Below, one piece after another: positions 9,444 to 18,695 of a stretch of DNA of 35,436 nucleotides. The notes below the pieces were generated by a model that searched no databases, had not been told where the DNA came from, and saw only the letters and a program-made list of their open reading frames with translations. Each line of letters starts with the position of its first letter. Position 1 is the stretch's first letter. Origin of the DNA: a bacterium (GTDB lineage: Bacteria; Cyanobacteriota; Vampirovibrionia; Gastranaerophilales; Gastranaerophilaceae); contig JAFQNY010000170.1 of the NCBI GenBank assembly GCA_017395765.1, positions 1 to 35,436 on the forward strand, written 5' to 3'. Position numbers and translations under genes: made by a program.

Positions 9444-10988
9444 TTATATTTTATCAATATCCTTACTTGCATTTGCTAAAGAATCAATTTGTTTCTTTGC
9501 CATTTTTTGGTTGTTGACCGTAGCATTACCACCAATACAACCACCTTCACAACACATAACTTCAATCATGTTACATCCGCCTTCACATTCTCCTGATTGA
9601 GCGAATTTTCTGAGTTGTCTTATAGATTCTTTATTCAATCCGTTAATTACAAACGGTTTTATAATAGTTTCATCTCTTAATGATGCTTTAACCGAATCAG
9701 CAACACCGCCGGTGAAACCGAAGTTTCTTGCGTGTTTTGAAGATTCAACAACATACTGTTCTTCTTCACATTCAGTGATTTCGATTTTCTTAGCAATGAA
9801 CAATGCACCTAATTCTTCTGAATTCATTACAAAATCAACATTCGGATTACTGAATCCTTCAGCACGTTTTGCAACACAAGGGCTAACAAATACAGTAATT
9901 GCATCAGGAATCTCTTTTTTAATAATTTCAGAAATATAATAAGTCGGAGTTCCTGTTGTTGAAACATAAGGTTTTATTTCCGGAAGGTGTTTTGCAATTA
10001 ATTGATTATATCCTGCACAGCAAGATGTTGTCATGAAATTACGAACAGGAGGTTTTTCTTTTAAATCCCCTTCTTTAGCATCATAACCGCCTTCGTTCAC
10101 CCATTTGTCAAGCCATTCTGTTTGTTGTTCTTTTGCTTCCGCCATTCTTTCCACAAATTCTTCAGCTTCATAATGAGCGGTTATATCAGCACCTTGAGCA
10201 ACCTCATAAACATCAGTAAATCCTGCTTTTTTGATTGCTGTTTTTAACTGATAAATATTACCCGGGAATTGACCTGCAATTGCCGGAGCAACCATAGCAA
10301 TAACTTTTTTGCCATCTTTTATTGCTTTTAGAATATCAATTATTTGACTTCTTTCATGAACTGCTCCAAACGGACAAGCTGAAGTACATTTACCGCAACT
10401 TATACATCTGTCATAATCTATGCTTGCAAAACCGGTTTCATCTTTTTTGATAGCACCAACAGGACAAGCATCTTCACAAGGAACTGATATTTTAACAATT
10501 GCATTATAAGGACAAGCCTTAACACACATTTGACATTTTTTACATTTAGAATCATCAATTACAGAGCGTCCGTTTACAACTGAAATTGCTCCGAATTTAC
10601 AAGATGACATACAAGGTCTTGCAATACATCCTTGACATAAATCAGTAACATATATTTTATTTGAATTACAACCCTTACAAGCAGATTGTAATACGGTCAA
10701 ATTCTTTTCACTGATTTCTTCTCTTTCAAGAGCTTTCTTAGCGTATTTAGCAAGAGAAACCGTTTCGTCATCTTCCTCTATAGAAAATCCCAAACCGGCA
10801 AGGGTTCTTGCTTTGATAATTGCACGTTCTTTATAAACACAACATCTATATGGAACTTCCATGCCTTTTGGCCTCATATCATAAGGAATAAGTCTTGCTT
10901 GTTCCTCAAAATCATCTGATAAAAATGCTTTTATAATTCTAACTAATATTTCTTTTTTAATGTGTATTGTCCGTCCAAGATTATTCAT
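9444..10988 (-). CDS. Monomeric [FeFe]-hydrogenase with ferredoxin-type 4Fe-4S domains (group B-like)
   Basis: H-cluster motifs TTSCCAG (L1), SPCVAKRAE (L2), EVMCCEGGCIGG (L3); CxxCxxCxxxCP motifs upstream. Confidence 0.9.
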   Translation of the reverse strand: MNNLGRTIHIKKEILVRIIKAFLSDDFEEQARLIPYDMRPKGMEVPYRCCVYKERAIIKARTLAGLGFSIEEDDETVSLAKYAKKALEREEISEKNLTVLQSACKGCNSNKIYVTDLCQGCIARPCMSSCKFGAISVVNGRSVIDDSKCKKCQMCVKACPYNAIVKISVPCEDACPVGAIKKDETGFASIDYDRCISCGKCTSACPFGAVHERSQIIDILKAIKDGKKVIAMVAPAIAGQFPGNIYQLKTAIKKAGFTDVYEVAQGADITAHYEAEEFVERMAEAKEQQTEWLDKWVNEGGYDAKEGDLKEKPPVRNFMTTSCCAGYNQLIAKHLPEIKPYVSTTGTPTYYISEIIKKEIPDAITVFVSPCVAKRAEGFSNPNVDFVMNSEELGALFIAKKIEITECEEEQYVVESSKHARNFGFTGGVADSVKASLRDETIIKPFVINGLNKESIRQLRKFAQSGECEGGCNMIEVMCCEGGCIGGNATVNNQKMAKKQIDSLANASKDIDKI

Positions 10989-11001
10989 TTTCTTTCCCTA
11001 A

Positions 11002-11259
11002 CTAATTTCCTAATTTCTTTTCTATCGCCTCTAAAACTTTTTCTACAGTTGCTTCAGTAATAACGTCTTCATCTATTTTAACATAAGGAGCTTTAGAATA
11101 CTCCCAATTGATAGAACATAGTCCTAAACAAGGTGAACCGACAACTTCAACTTTATCACCGTATTTTTTAGGGATTAGGTCGTTTAACTCTTGAAGATTG
11201 CTACCACCCATTACAAAACAAGTTGTTCCTAAACATACTTTTACTGAAATTTTTTCCAT
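11002..11259 (-). CDS. Thioredoxin-like [2Fe-2S] protein (NuoE-like)
   Basis: VCLGTTCFVMG...CLGLC...APYV. Confidence 0.85.
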   Translation of the reverse strand: MEKISVKVCLGTTCFVMGGSNLQELNDLIPKKYGDKVEVVGSPCLGLCSINWEYSKAPYVKIDEDVITEATVEKVLEAIEKKLGN

Positions 11260-11269
11260 AATAAATACC

Positions 11270-12427
11270 TCAAATAAACTGTACTTTTACTTTTTTTAAA
11301 TATTTTTCTTCTAACACTTTCGCTATTTGCCTGATTACATTCTTTCTAATTTCTATCTCAATTGGTAAATTAGGATCATAATGAGCCTTATTCATTTGAG
11401 CACCAACCATAAAATGAATACAATCTGAGTTTAACATAAAATCCATTAAAATTTTAGCTGCATTTTGTTCAGGCTTTCCGTTTTCTAAATATTCTAGTGT
11501 TTTAGTTAATGTCAAAATCCCTTCGGTAACTAAATCAACCCCTTCCATATTAGAAAGACCAGGAAGTTTTCCGGTAGCAGTTGCGACATCAGTTGTAACC
11601 GGAATATTAAGTTCCCGGGAAATTATATTGGCTGTTGTTCCGCCGGAAATCGCCTTTTTACCTTTAAATTCTATAAAGGATTTTGCATAATAATTATCTT
11701 TATCCTGATGATAAGGAGGTCCGGTAAAAATCAAAGATTCTCTCGGGTCACGACAATATATTGAAACTATGGATGTATCATCCTTTAGCTCTTTATTTGG
11801 AGCAATCAGTTCTACTTGATGCACCAAGTATTCACTCAAATCCTTTGAAGAAATTTCAGGACTCTGTCTTAATTTATTCAAAATAATTTTTATAAGCCCA
11901 TTTCGTTCAAGCCCGAGAGGAAAAGCCTTAGTACCCATTGCAACTTGTGTTGCACCGTCTGAACAAAAAATAATTCTGTCTTGTTTTTCAAGTTTGATAT
12001 CATAAACCTTCATTTTGCGATTCTTGAAATCTTTTGATTCGATTATTTGATATTCAGGTTTTAAAACTTCACCGTTTCTTATCCAAATAAAATCAGGATT
12101 ACCTTCTTCAACAATTTTAGCTTTTCCGTTTTCAAAACAGTCGATTGCTGAAAAAGTTGAATAACTTATACCACGAACTTTACATACTGGCAAAGAGTTC
12201 ATTATAATTTCACACGAATTTTCAATATCAGAATTACTTTCCAAAAACTTTAATAACATTGTCGAAGTCATACAAGCAAGAATATTAGCTTTTATACCGC
12301 TTCCCAAGCCGTCAGAAAGCACAGCCACAACTCTGTTCATATTAGGAAATCTTGTAGAAGTAAAGAAATCTCCATATGCATTTTGATTATATTTTTTTCT
12401 TTGCGCACAAGCTACATCAATAAACAT
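11270..12427 (-). CDS. SpoIIE/PP2C-like Ser/Thr phosphatase (HfsC-like)
   Basis: GD, VLSDGLGSG, FCSDG, KDDTS metal-binding motifs; lies directly after the sensory hydrogenase. Confidence 0.85.
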   Translation of the reverse strand: MFIDVACAQRKKYNQNAYGDFFTSTRFPNMNRVVAVLSDGLGSGIKANILACMTSTMLLKFLESNSDIENSCEIIMNSLPVCKVRGISYSTFSAIDCFENGKAKIVEEGNPDFIWIRNGEVLKPEYQIIESKDFKNRKMKVYDIKLEKQDRIIFCSDGATQVAMGTKAFPLGLERNGLIKIILNKLRQSPEISSKDLSEYLVHQVELIAPNKELKDDTSIVSIYCRDPRESLIFTGPPYHQDKDNYYAKSFIEFKGKKAISGGTTANIISRELNIPVTTDVATATGKLPGLSNMEGVDLVTEGILTLTKTLEYLENGKPEQNAAKILMDFMLNSDCIHFMVGAQMNKAHYDPNLPIEIEIRKNVIRQIAKVLEEKYLKKVKVQFI

Positions 12428-12429
12428 TG

Positions 12430-14154
12430 TTATTTTTTATCCTCGCTTATATTAGAATCAAAGCCTTCTGCAATAGAATTTAATAGTAATTCAGTTTCAA
12501 CCATATGCTCACCGAGTAAACTTGCAATCTCTTGCACCGTTGCAATATTTTTTGTAATAACTTCTCTTGCTTTTTTAGCTATTTTGCTTCTGTCAATTTC
12601 TGATTTTGTAACATCAGAAATAACCGCCCCGATAAGTTCGTTATCTTCAATAGTAAATATACTGATATCATAAACCTTATCTTTTATTACAAAATGTTCT
12701 TGGTGTATATCATTTCCTGTATCTAAAGCTGATTTAAACAATTCACTAAAAGGAACTATTCTTTCCAATGACGCACCTGTTAAACCATCTTGGCGAGAAG
12801 CAAAAATTTCATACATATCACCTAAGAACATTTGTTCAAAAGAATCATTAGCCTCAACAATTTCCATATTAGAATCAACAATTACAACAGCTGATGGCAT
12901 ACATCTAAGCATAGCAGCAGCTTTTCTGACCGCAATTTTTCTCATATATGAAACACACATTGAAGTTTCCGCTTCGCCCGCAATAAGTGCATTAACAAAT
13001 TCTCGACAGCTACTGTAACCGCATCCGCCACAGTTCAATTCATCCTCCGGCTTATGTTTACTTATTTTTTTAAGTGCTTTCGAAATTTGTTCAACAGAAT
13101 GCTCAACTTTCTGGAGTGGTGACGGATTATATTCTTCACATACAACTTTTTTAGGTTCTTTTGGAATTTCATCTCTGTATTTAGTATTTGCATAAATGTC
13201 AGAAGTTATCAGAATCCTTGATTTAGTACTGGATAAACAAGGACCGTTTATGCAACCTCCCGGACAACCTAAAGCTTCAACAAATATCTTGTTAGTTATT
13301 TTATCCGGATTTATATTTTGCAAAGATTTATCAAACGCTTCTAAAGAGCTTACCCCTATAAATGTTACGTCATTCTTTTCAATCCCGACTTTTTTAATTG
13401 TTTCATTCATTCCGCCCTCAAGAGGATACAAAGCCCCTTCATATGCGCTTTCAGGAACAAAATTACAAGAATCATCGGTTTCAATCTTATCAACATTAAT
13501 AAATTCTTCTTTTAACCAATAATTTAGTTCATCAAAGGTCAAAGCTACAGAAATCAATTCGGGATGTTTATCTGCCTCATTTTTCTTAGCTACACAAGGC
13601 CCGATAAATACTACTTTTATTTCATCACCAAAAGTATCTTTCAACAATCCGGCATGTGTCAATGCAGGAGAAGCTATCGGAGTAATACATTTTGCAAAAT
13701 TAGGTTTATAAAGTCTTATATAATCATCTATAACAGGACAAGCTGATGAAATATATAAACCGGTACCGCCCTCATTCAACATCTTAGCAGTTTGTATAGA
13801 AACCTCTTGTGCACCTAATGCGGTTTCACTTACTCCGGCAAAACCTAATTTTTTGAGTGCAGCTATCATTTTTTCTTTTGAAAAATTGTAAACACCCGCC
13901 CAACTTGGAGCTAATGAAACATAAACTTTTTTACCGGTTAACAATAAAGTTTTAACTTTATCTATATCGTTTCTGACCTTTTTTGCACCTACAGGACAAA
14001 TAGTTACACAATGACCGCAAGCAATACATTTTTCATTAATAACAGATGCACTTCCGCCATGAATCCTGATTGCTTTAACATGGCAATCTCGAATACATTT
14101 ATAACAATCGTTACACTCATTTTTTAAAGTATAGACCGGATAAGTTTGTTCCAT
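12430..14154 (-). CDS. Putative sensory [FeFe]-hydrogenase with C-terminal FeS and PAS-like domain (HydS/HfsB, group C)
   Basis: N-terminal 2x4Fe-4S; altered H-cluster motifs ISSACP, GPCVAKKNE, EALGCPGGCING; LNCGGCGYSSC FeS site; PAS-like MPSAVVIVDSNMEIVEAN. Confidence 0.87.
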   Translation of the reverse strand: MEQTYPVYTLKNECNDCYKCIRDCHVKAIRIHGGSASVINEKCIACGHCVTICPVGAKKVRNDIDKVKTLLLTGKKVYVSLAPSWAGVYNFSKEKMIAALKKLGFAGVSETALGAQEVSIQTAKMLNEGGTGLYISSACPVIDDYIRLYKPNFAKCITPIASPALTHAGLLKDTFGDEIKVVFIGPCVAKKNEADKHPELISVALTFDELNYWLKEEFINVDKIETDDSCNFVPESAYEGALYPLEGGMNETIKKVGIEKNDVTFIGVSSLEAFDKSLQNINPDKITNKIFVEALGCPGGCINGPCLSSTKSRILITSDIYANTKYRDEIPKEPKKVVCEEYNPSPLQKVEHSVEQISKALKKISKHKPEDELNCGGCGYSSCREFVNALIAGEAETSMCVSYMRKIAVRKAAAMLRCMPSAVVIVDSNMEIVEANDSFEQMFLGDMYEIFASRQDGLTGASLERIVPFSELFKSALDTGNDIHQEHFVIKDKVYDISIFTIEDNELIGAVISDVTKSEIDRSKIAKKAREVITKNIATVQEIASLLGEHMVETELLLNSIAEGFDSNISEDKK

Positions 14155-14164
14155 TTTTCAACCC

Positions 14165-14401
14165 TTATTCTAAATTTGCTAATATTTCATTTATTTTTTC
14201 TTGTGTTACACAAATGTGTTCAACATCATTAACATATATTCTCGGGCCTTTTTCGCACCTGTTCTCGCATAAAGACCCTACTATTGAAACTTTTGCATCT
14301 AAACCATTGGATTCTATATATTCTTTTATAAATTCTAAGTTTTCTTGATTACCTTTTGCAAAACAAGCACTTCCCATGCATACTTTTATTTCGTGTGTCA
14401 T
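14165..14401 (-). CDS. Thioredoxin-like [2Fe-2S] ferredoxin (HfsA-like)
   Basis: VCMGSACFAKG...LCENRCEKGP. Confidence 0.85.
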   Translation of the reverse strand: MTHEIKVCMGSACFAKGNQENLEFIKEYIESNGLDAKVSIVGSLCENRCEKGPRIYVNDVEHICVTQEKINEILANLE

Positions 14402-14409
14402 TTTATTAT

Positions 14410-15021
14410 TTATACCTCATTACTATTTGTAAACTGTAAAAAACTACCTATTAAATTTTCGTTCCAAACTTTAACATCTTTAGGAACATCCAAAATACAA
14501 GGAGTAAAATTCCAAATATACTTAATTCCCGCTCCGGCAAGGTAATTAGCCGCACTTACGGCACATTCTTTAGGAACGGTAAGTATTGCAATATCAACCC
14601 CCATCTTCGTCACAAAATTACCGACTTTTGTGAAACTCAAAACTTCCTTACCATTTATAACAGTACCGATTTTTTTAGGGTCATTATCAAACATAGCCAA
14701 AATATTAAGTCCATAGTCTTTAAAACTGTCATATTTTGCCAATGCAGAACCTAAATTTCCGGCTCCTACAATAAACGCATCCCTTTTTTGCTTAAACCCT
14801 AAACAATCTTCTATAGTATGTTTAAGTTTTTTTGCTTCATAACCGACTCTGCATTTTCCGGGATAATCAAGATATTTTAAATCTTTTCTGACTTGAGAAT
14901 CATCAATATTCAAAAGTTGGGCAATTTTTGCACTGGAAATATATTGTTCATCTTCTCTAAAGTTATCAAGTATGAAATGATAAAGCGTTAATCTGTTTAT
15001 AACTTTATCAGGGATATTCAT
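14410..15021 (-). CDS. rex: Redox-sensing transcriptional repressor Rex
   Basis: IPDKVINRL..Y, ISS..IA, SQVRKDL, G...GY, IVGAGNLGSAL, IWNFTP; ATG 15021 preceded by AAAGGAG. Confidence 0.93.
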   Translation of the reverse strand: MNIPDKVINRLTLYHFILDNFREDEQYISSAKIAQLLNIDDSQVRKDLKYLDYPGKCRVGYEAKKLKHTIEDCLGFKQKRDAFIVGAGNLGSALAKYDSFKDYGLNILAMFDNDPKKIGTVINGKEVLSFTKVGNFVTKMGVDIAILTVPKECAVSAANYLAGAGIKYIWNFTPCILDVPKDVKVWNENLIGSFLQFTNSNEV

Positions 15022-15075
15022 AATTTCTCCTTTAATGAATTTATACTTCCACAACTTAATATTTTACACCGCACC

Positions 15076-15129
15076 AAAAGAAAAGAAAAGAGCTTGCAGA
15101 AAATTTAACTTTTCCGCAAGCTCTTTTTT
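15076..15129 (-). terminator. Intrinsic terminator after adhE
   Basis: Minus strand AAGAGCTTGCGGAAAA...TTTTCTGCAAGCTCTT followed by TTCTTTTCTTTT. Confidence 0.8.
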
Positions 15130-15140
15130 AAGTTTAGTTA

Positions 15141-17773
15141 TTACACAATACCGTTGTATGCATTCAAGAAGATTTCTTTGATTTCGCTCATCAACGGATA
15201 TCTTGGGTTAGCACCTGTACATTGGTCATCAAATGCTCTTTCAACCAAGATGTCAAGATTAGCCATAAATTCGTCTTCTTTAACACCAAATTCTTTAATT
15301 GATTTTGGAAGATTTACAGCAGTCATCAATTCATCAACTGCTTTAAGTAATAATTCAACTTTTTCATCATCGTTTTTACCACCTAAACCTAAATTATCAG
15401 CAATTTGACCGTATTTAGTTTTTGCACAAGGATATTTGTATTGAGGGAATATCGCTTGTTTAGTAGGTTTGTCTGTAGAGTTGAATTTAATAATTTGACG
15501 AATTAATAATGCGTTTGCAACACCGTGAGGAATACTGTACATTGCACCCAATTTGTGAGCCATAGAGTGGCATAATCCTAAGAATGAGTTAGCAAATGAC
15601 ATACCTGCAATTGTTGCTGCGTAGTGCATTTTTTCTCTTGCAATCGGATCATTAGCACCTTCATTGTAAGAACGAACTAAGTATTTGAAGATTAACTTAG
15701 TAGCTTCTAAAGCATTTGAGTTTGTGAAGTTTGTAGCTAAACAAGAAACATATGCTTCAAGAGAGTGAACTAATGCGTCGATACCTGATGCAGCTGTTAA
15801 ACCTTTAGGCATACCGTCAACAAAGTTAGGGTCAACAATAGCCATATTAGGTGTTAAAGCGTAATCAGCGATTGCATATTTGTAATGAGTTTTCTCATCA
15901 GTAATGATTGAGAACGGAGTTACTTCTGAACCTGTACCTGATGTAGTTGGGATACAAACCATAGTAGCTTTTTCACCCAAAGTAGGAATTTCACAAATTC
16001 TTTTCTGATATCCATGAATCTCATAGAGATATCTTCGAAGTTTGTATCAGGTTGTTCATATAATAACCAAATAATTTTACCTGCGTCCATTGGAGAACCG
16101 CCACCAAGAGCGATGATTACATCCGGCTCATAAGGTCTTACAATAGCCATTGCTTCATTGATTGTAGCTAAAGTAGGATCCGGTTTTACATCAAAGAATA
16201 CTTGGTGATCAACACCGATTTCGTCTAATACTCTTGTAATATTATCTACTGCACCTGAGTTAAATAAGAAACGGTCAGTTACAATAAACGCACGCTTTTT
16301 ACCCTTAAGTTCTCTAAGAGCTAGGTCAGTACAACCTCTCTTGAAGTAAACTTTAGGAGGAACTTTGAACCATAACATATTTTCTCTCCTTTCAGCTACA
16401 GTTTTATAGTTTAATAAATGTTCTACACCAATGTTACCAGAAACAGCGTTTCCACCCCAAGAACCACAACCTAATGAAAGAGATGGTTCTAACTTGAAGT
16501 TGAATAAGTCACCAATACCGCCTTGAGAAGATGGAGAGTTAACTAACACACGGCAAGAAGGCATTTTTTCAGCGTATGCATTGATTCTGTCAGATTTTCT
16601 TTCATCTGTATAAAGAGCAGATGAGTGACCGGCACCACCTTTGAATACCAGTTCATAAGCCATTTCAGTTGCTTCTTCAAAGTTTTTAGCTTTGTACATA
16701 GTCAAGATTGGAGAAAGTTTTTCTCTTGAGAACGGATCTTCCCAATCAAGTTTAGCTCTTTCACAAAGAAGAATTTTTGAATCAGCAGGGATAGAGAATC
16801 CTGATAATTCAGCAATCTTGCAAGCAGATTGACCTACGATTGAAGGGTGAGCAGTTCCTCTTTTTGGATCGATGAAAGGTAAATCAATCATTTTCTTTTC
16901 ATCTTCTTTACCTACAAGGTATGCACCACGGTAAACAAATTCTTTTTTAACTTCTTCATATATTTCTTCACAAACGATAACTGATTGTTCAGAAGCACAA
17001 ATCATACCGTTATCGAAAGTTTTTGACATTAAAATTGAAGATACTGCCATTTTGATATCAGCAGTTTCATCAATAACTGCAGCTACGTTACCAGGGCCTA
17101 CACCTAAAGCAGGTTTACCTGAAGAGTAAGCTGCTTTAACCATACCAGGACCACCTGTAGCTAAAATACAACTAATGTGTTCATGATGAAGTAATGCATC
17201 AGATAATTCCATTGTAGGAGTATCAATCCATCCGATAATATCTTTTGGAGCGCCAGCTTCGATTGCAGCTTCTAAAACGATTTTCGCAGCAGCAATTGTA
17301 CAATTAGTTGCTCTTGGGTGTGGAGAGAACACGATACCGTTTCTTGTTTTTAAAGCTAAAAGAGCTTTAAAAATAGCAGTTGAAGTTGGGTTAGTAGTAG
17401 GGATGATACCTGCTAAAATACCTAAAGGTTCAGCTACTGTTTTTGTACCGTTTTCTTTGTCTTCTTTAATAATTCCGCAAGTTTTTGCGTTTTTATGTTT
17501 GTTATAGATGTATTCAGAAGCAAAGTGGTTTTTAATAATTTTGTCTTCTAAAACACCCATTCCTGTATCTTCAACAGCCATTCTAGCCAAAGGGATACGA
17601 GCTTTGTCTGCAGCAGTTGCAGCTGCTTTAAAAATTCTGTCAACTTGTTCTTGAGTAAATTGTTCATACTCAGTTTGAGCTTTTTTTACTCTTTCAAGCA
17701 ATTCATTAAGAGCATCAATATTATCTACTAATGCACTTTTCTTTTCTGCTTTTTTTTCTAATACTTTCGGCAT
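15141..17773 (-). pseudogene. adhE: Bifunctional aldehyde/alcohol dehydrogenase AdhE interrupted by a 1-nt frameshift near 16001-16004 (true lesion, recoding, or assembly error)
   Basis: ORF 15920-17773 has ALDH motifs (PTTNPTST, TGGPGMV, FDNGMICASEQ, GCGSWGGN) and the start of the ADH domain (GGGSPMD). ORF 15141-15980 has PTTSGTGSEVT and HSMAH. Adding one A restores MDIRKRICEIP and a 877-aa protein. Confidence 0.85.
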
Positions 17774-17790
17774 ATATTTTTCTCCTTCAA

Positions 17791-17808
17791 TTGTGATGAA
17801 TTTCCTAA
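17791..17808. promoter_or_regulatory. Putative Rex operator between adhE promoter and RBS
   Basis: TTGTGATGAATTTCCTAA resembles TTGTGA-N6-TCACAA; lies just downstream of the -10 box. Confidence 0.6.
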
Positions 17809-17816
17809 TTACTAAA

Positions 17817-17845
17817 ATTTTAATACACACAAAATAACGTGTCAA
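17817..17845 (-). promoter_or_regulatory. sigma70-type promoter of adhE
   Basis: Minus strand TTGACA-17 nt-TAAAAT. Confidence 0.8.
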
Positions 17846-17880
17846 CACCTTATAAACATTAGGTTGCAGATAATTTTATA

Positions 17881-17929
17881 TTGTGACAACCTGTCACGAT
17901 TTATTTGTCAATCGTGACAAAAAGCACAA
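17881..17929. promoter_or_regulatory. Tandem Rex/CRP-like operator sites upstream of adhE
   Basis: TTGTGACAACCTGTCACGA (17881-17899, 7-nt spacer) and TCGTGACAAAAAGCACAA (17912-17929, 6-nt spacer). Confidence 0.55.
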
Positions 17930-18194
17930 GTGTCTAAAAGTGTTTATTTTACACTATTTCTGGGATAACAGGTGTTTGTTCTAACAGATTTTAAACCTAA
18001 TTCTACAAAGATAATTGTGACAAAACATCTCGATTTGTTCAAAAAATGATTGATAATAATCCATTGGTTGCTTGTTGCTTTTAATAATAATTTCAAGATG
18101 AAAATTTCTATTTCTAAGCCTTAGAATATTTAAGTTAAACCAATTATGGACAAATTATGGGTAACACAGTACGAAAAGACAATGAGTGAATAGT

Positions 18195-18255
18195 TTGGGT
18201 TTTAACCCAACAAAACCAATAATGCCGGATTAAAACCTGTTATATAAAAATGATT
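18195..18255 (+). repeat. 61-bp perfect direct repeat, left copy
   Basis: TTGGGTTTTAACCCAACAAAACCAATAATGCCGGATTAAAACCTGTTATATAAAAATGATT, identical to 20380-20440. Confidence 0.95.
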
Positions 18256-18597
18256 AATATCTTTTAAAAAATAATTTGTTCAGAGTTTTTGAATCTGAAA
18301 ACATAACTTCAACAAGCACAAAGACCGATTTTATCATTTACCCCCGAAAATGCAGAGGCAAATAATTTCCTCAAAACTCATAACCGGCGAGCACTATAAT
18401 CAAGATTTTGAAATTTTCTTGCGAAAATTTCTACAATTTGATTATTGTTTTATTTAATATTCAATTTATTTCCACTAAGTCTTGCATAATTTCTTGATTT
18501 TCTACACAACTTATCCACACAATACAAGTAGATATATACCATTTCGATGATTCAAAAACAGATAAGTTATGATAAAATTTTTAAAGATGTGATAATA

Positions 18598-18623
18598 TAC
18601 AACAATTTGGCTAAATTGTTGTA
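18598..18623. promoter_or_regulatory. Palindrome (operator-like or 5' hairpin) upstream of the TPR/zinc-finger gene
   Basis: TACAACAATTT-GGCT-AAATTGTTGTA, immediately after a GATAAT -10-like box. Confidence 0.45.
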
Positions 18624-18695
18624 GCTAAACGGAGAAGAGATGGATAGCTTGAAAAATATTAATCTCTTGTAAATCAAAGAAAAATAAGGGATAAC

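Noticed and set aside
15141-15980. Independent alcohol dehydrogenase gene
   Set aside because: It lacks the N-terminal part of the ADH domain and joins the upstream ORF with a single added base.
18511-18519. Perfect DnaA box TTATCCACA as a possible origin
   Set aside because: Single copy, no cluster of boxes and no dnaA or rep gene nearby.
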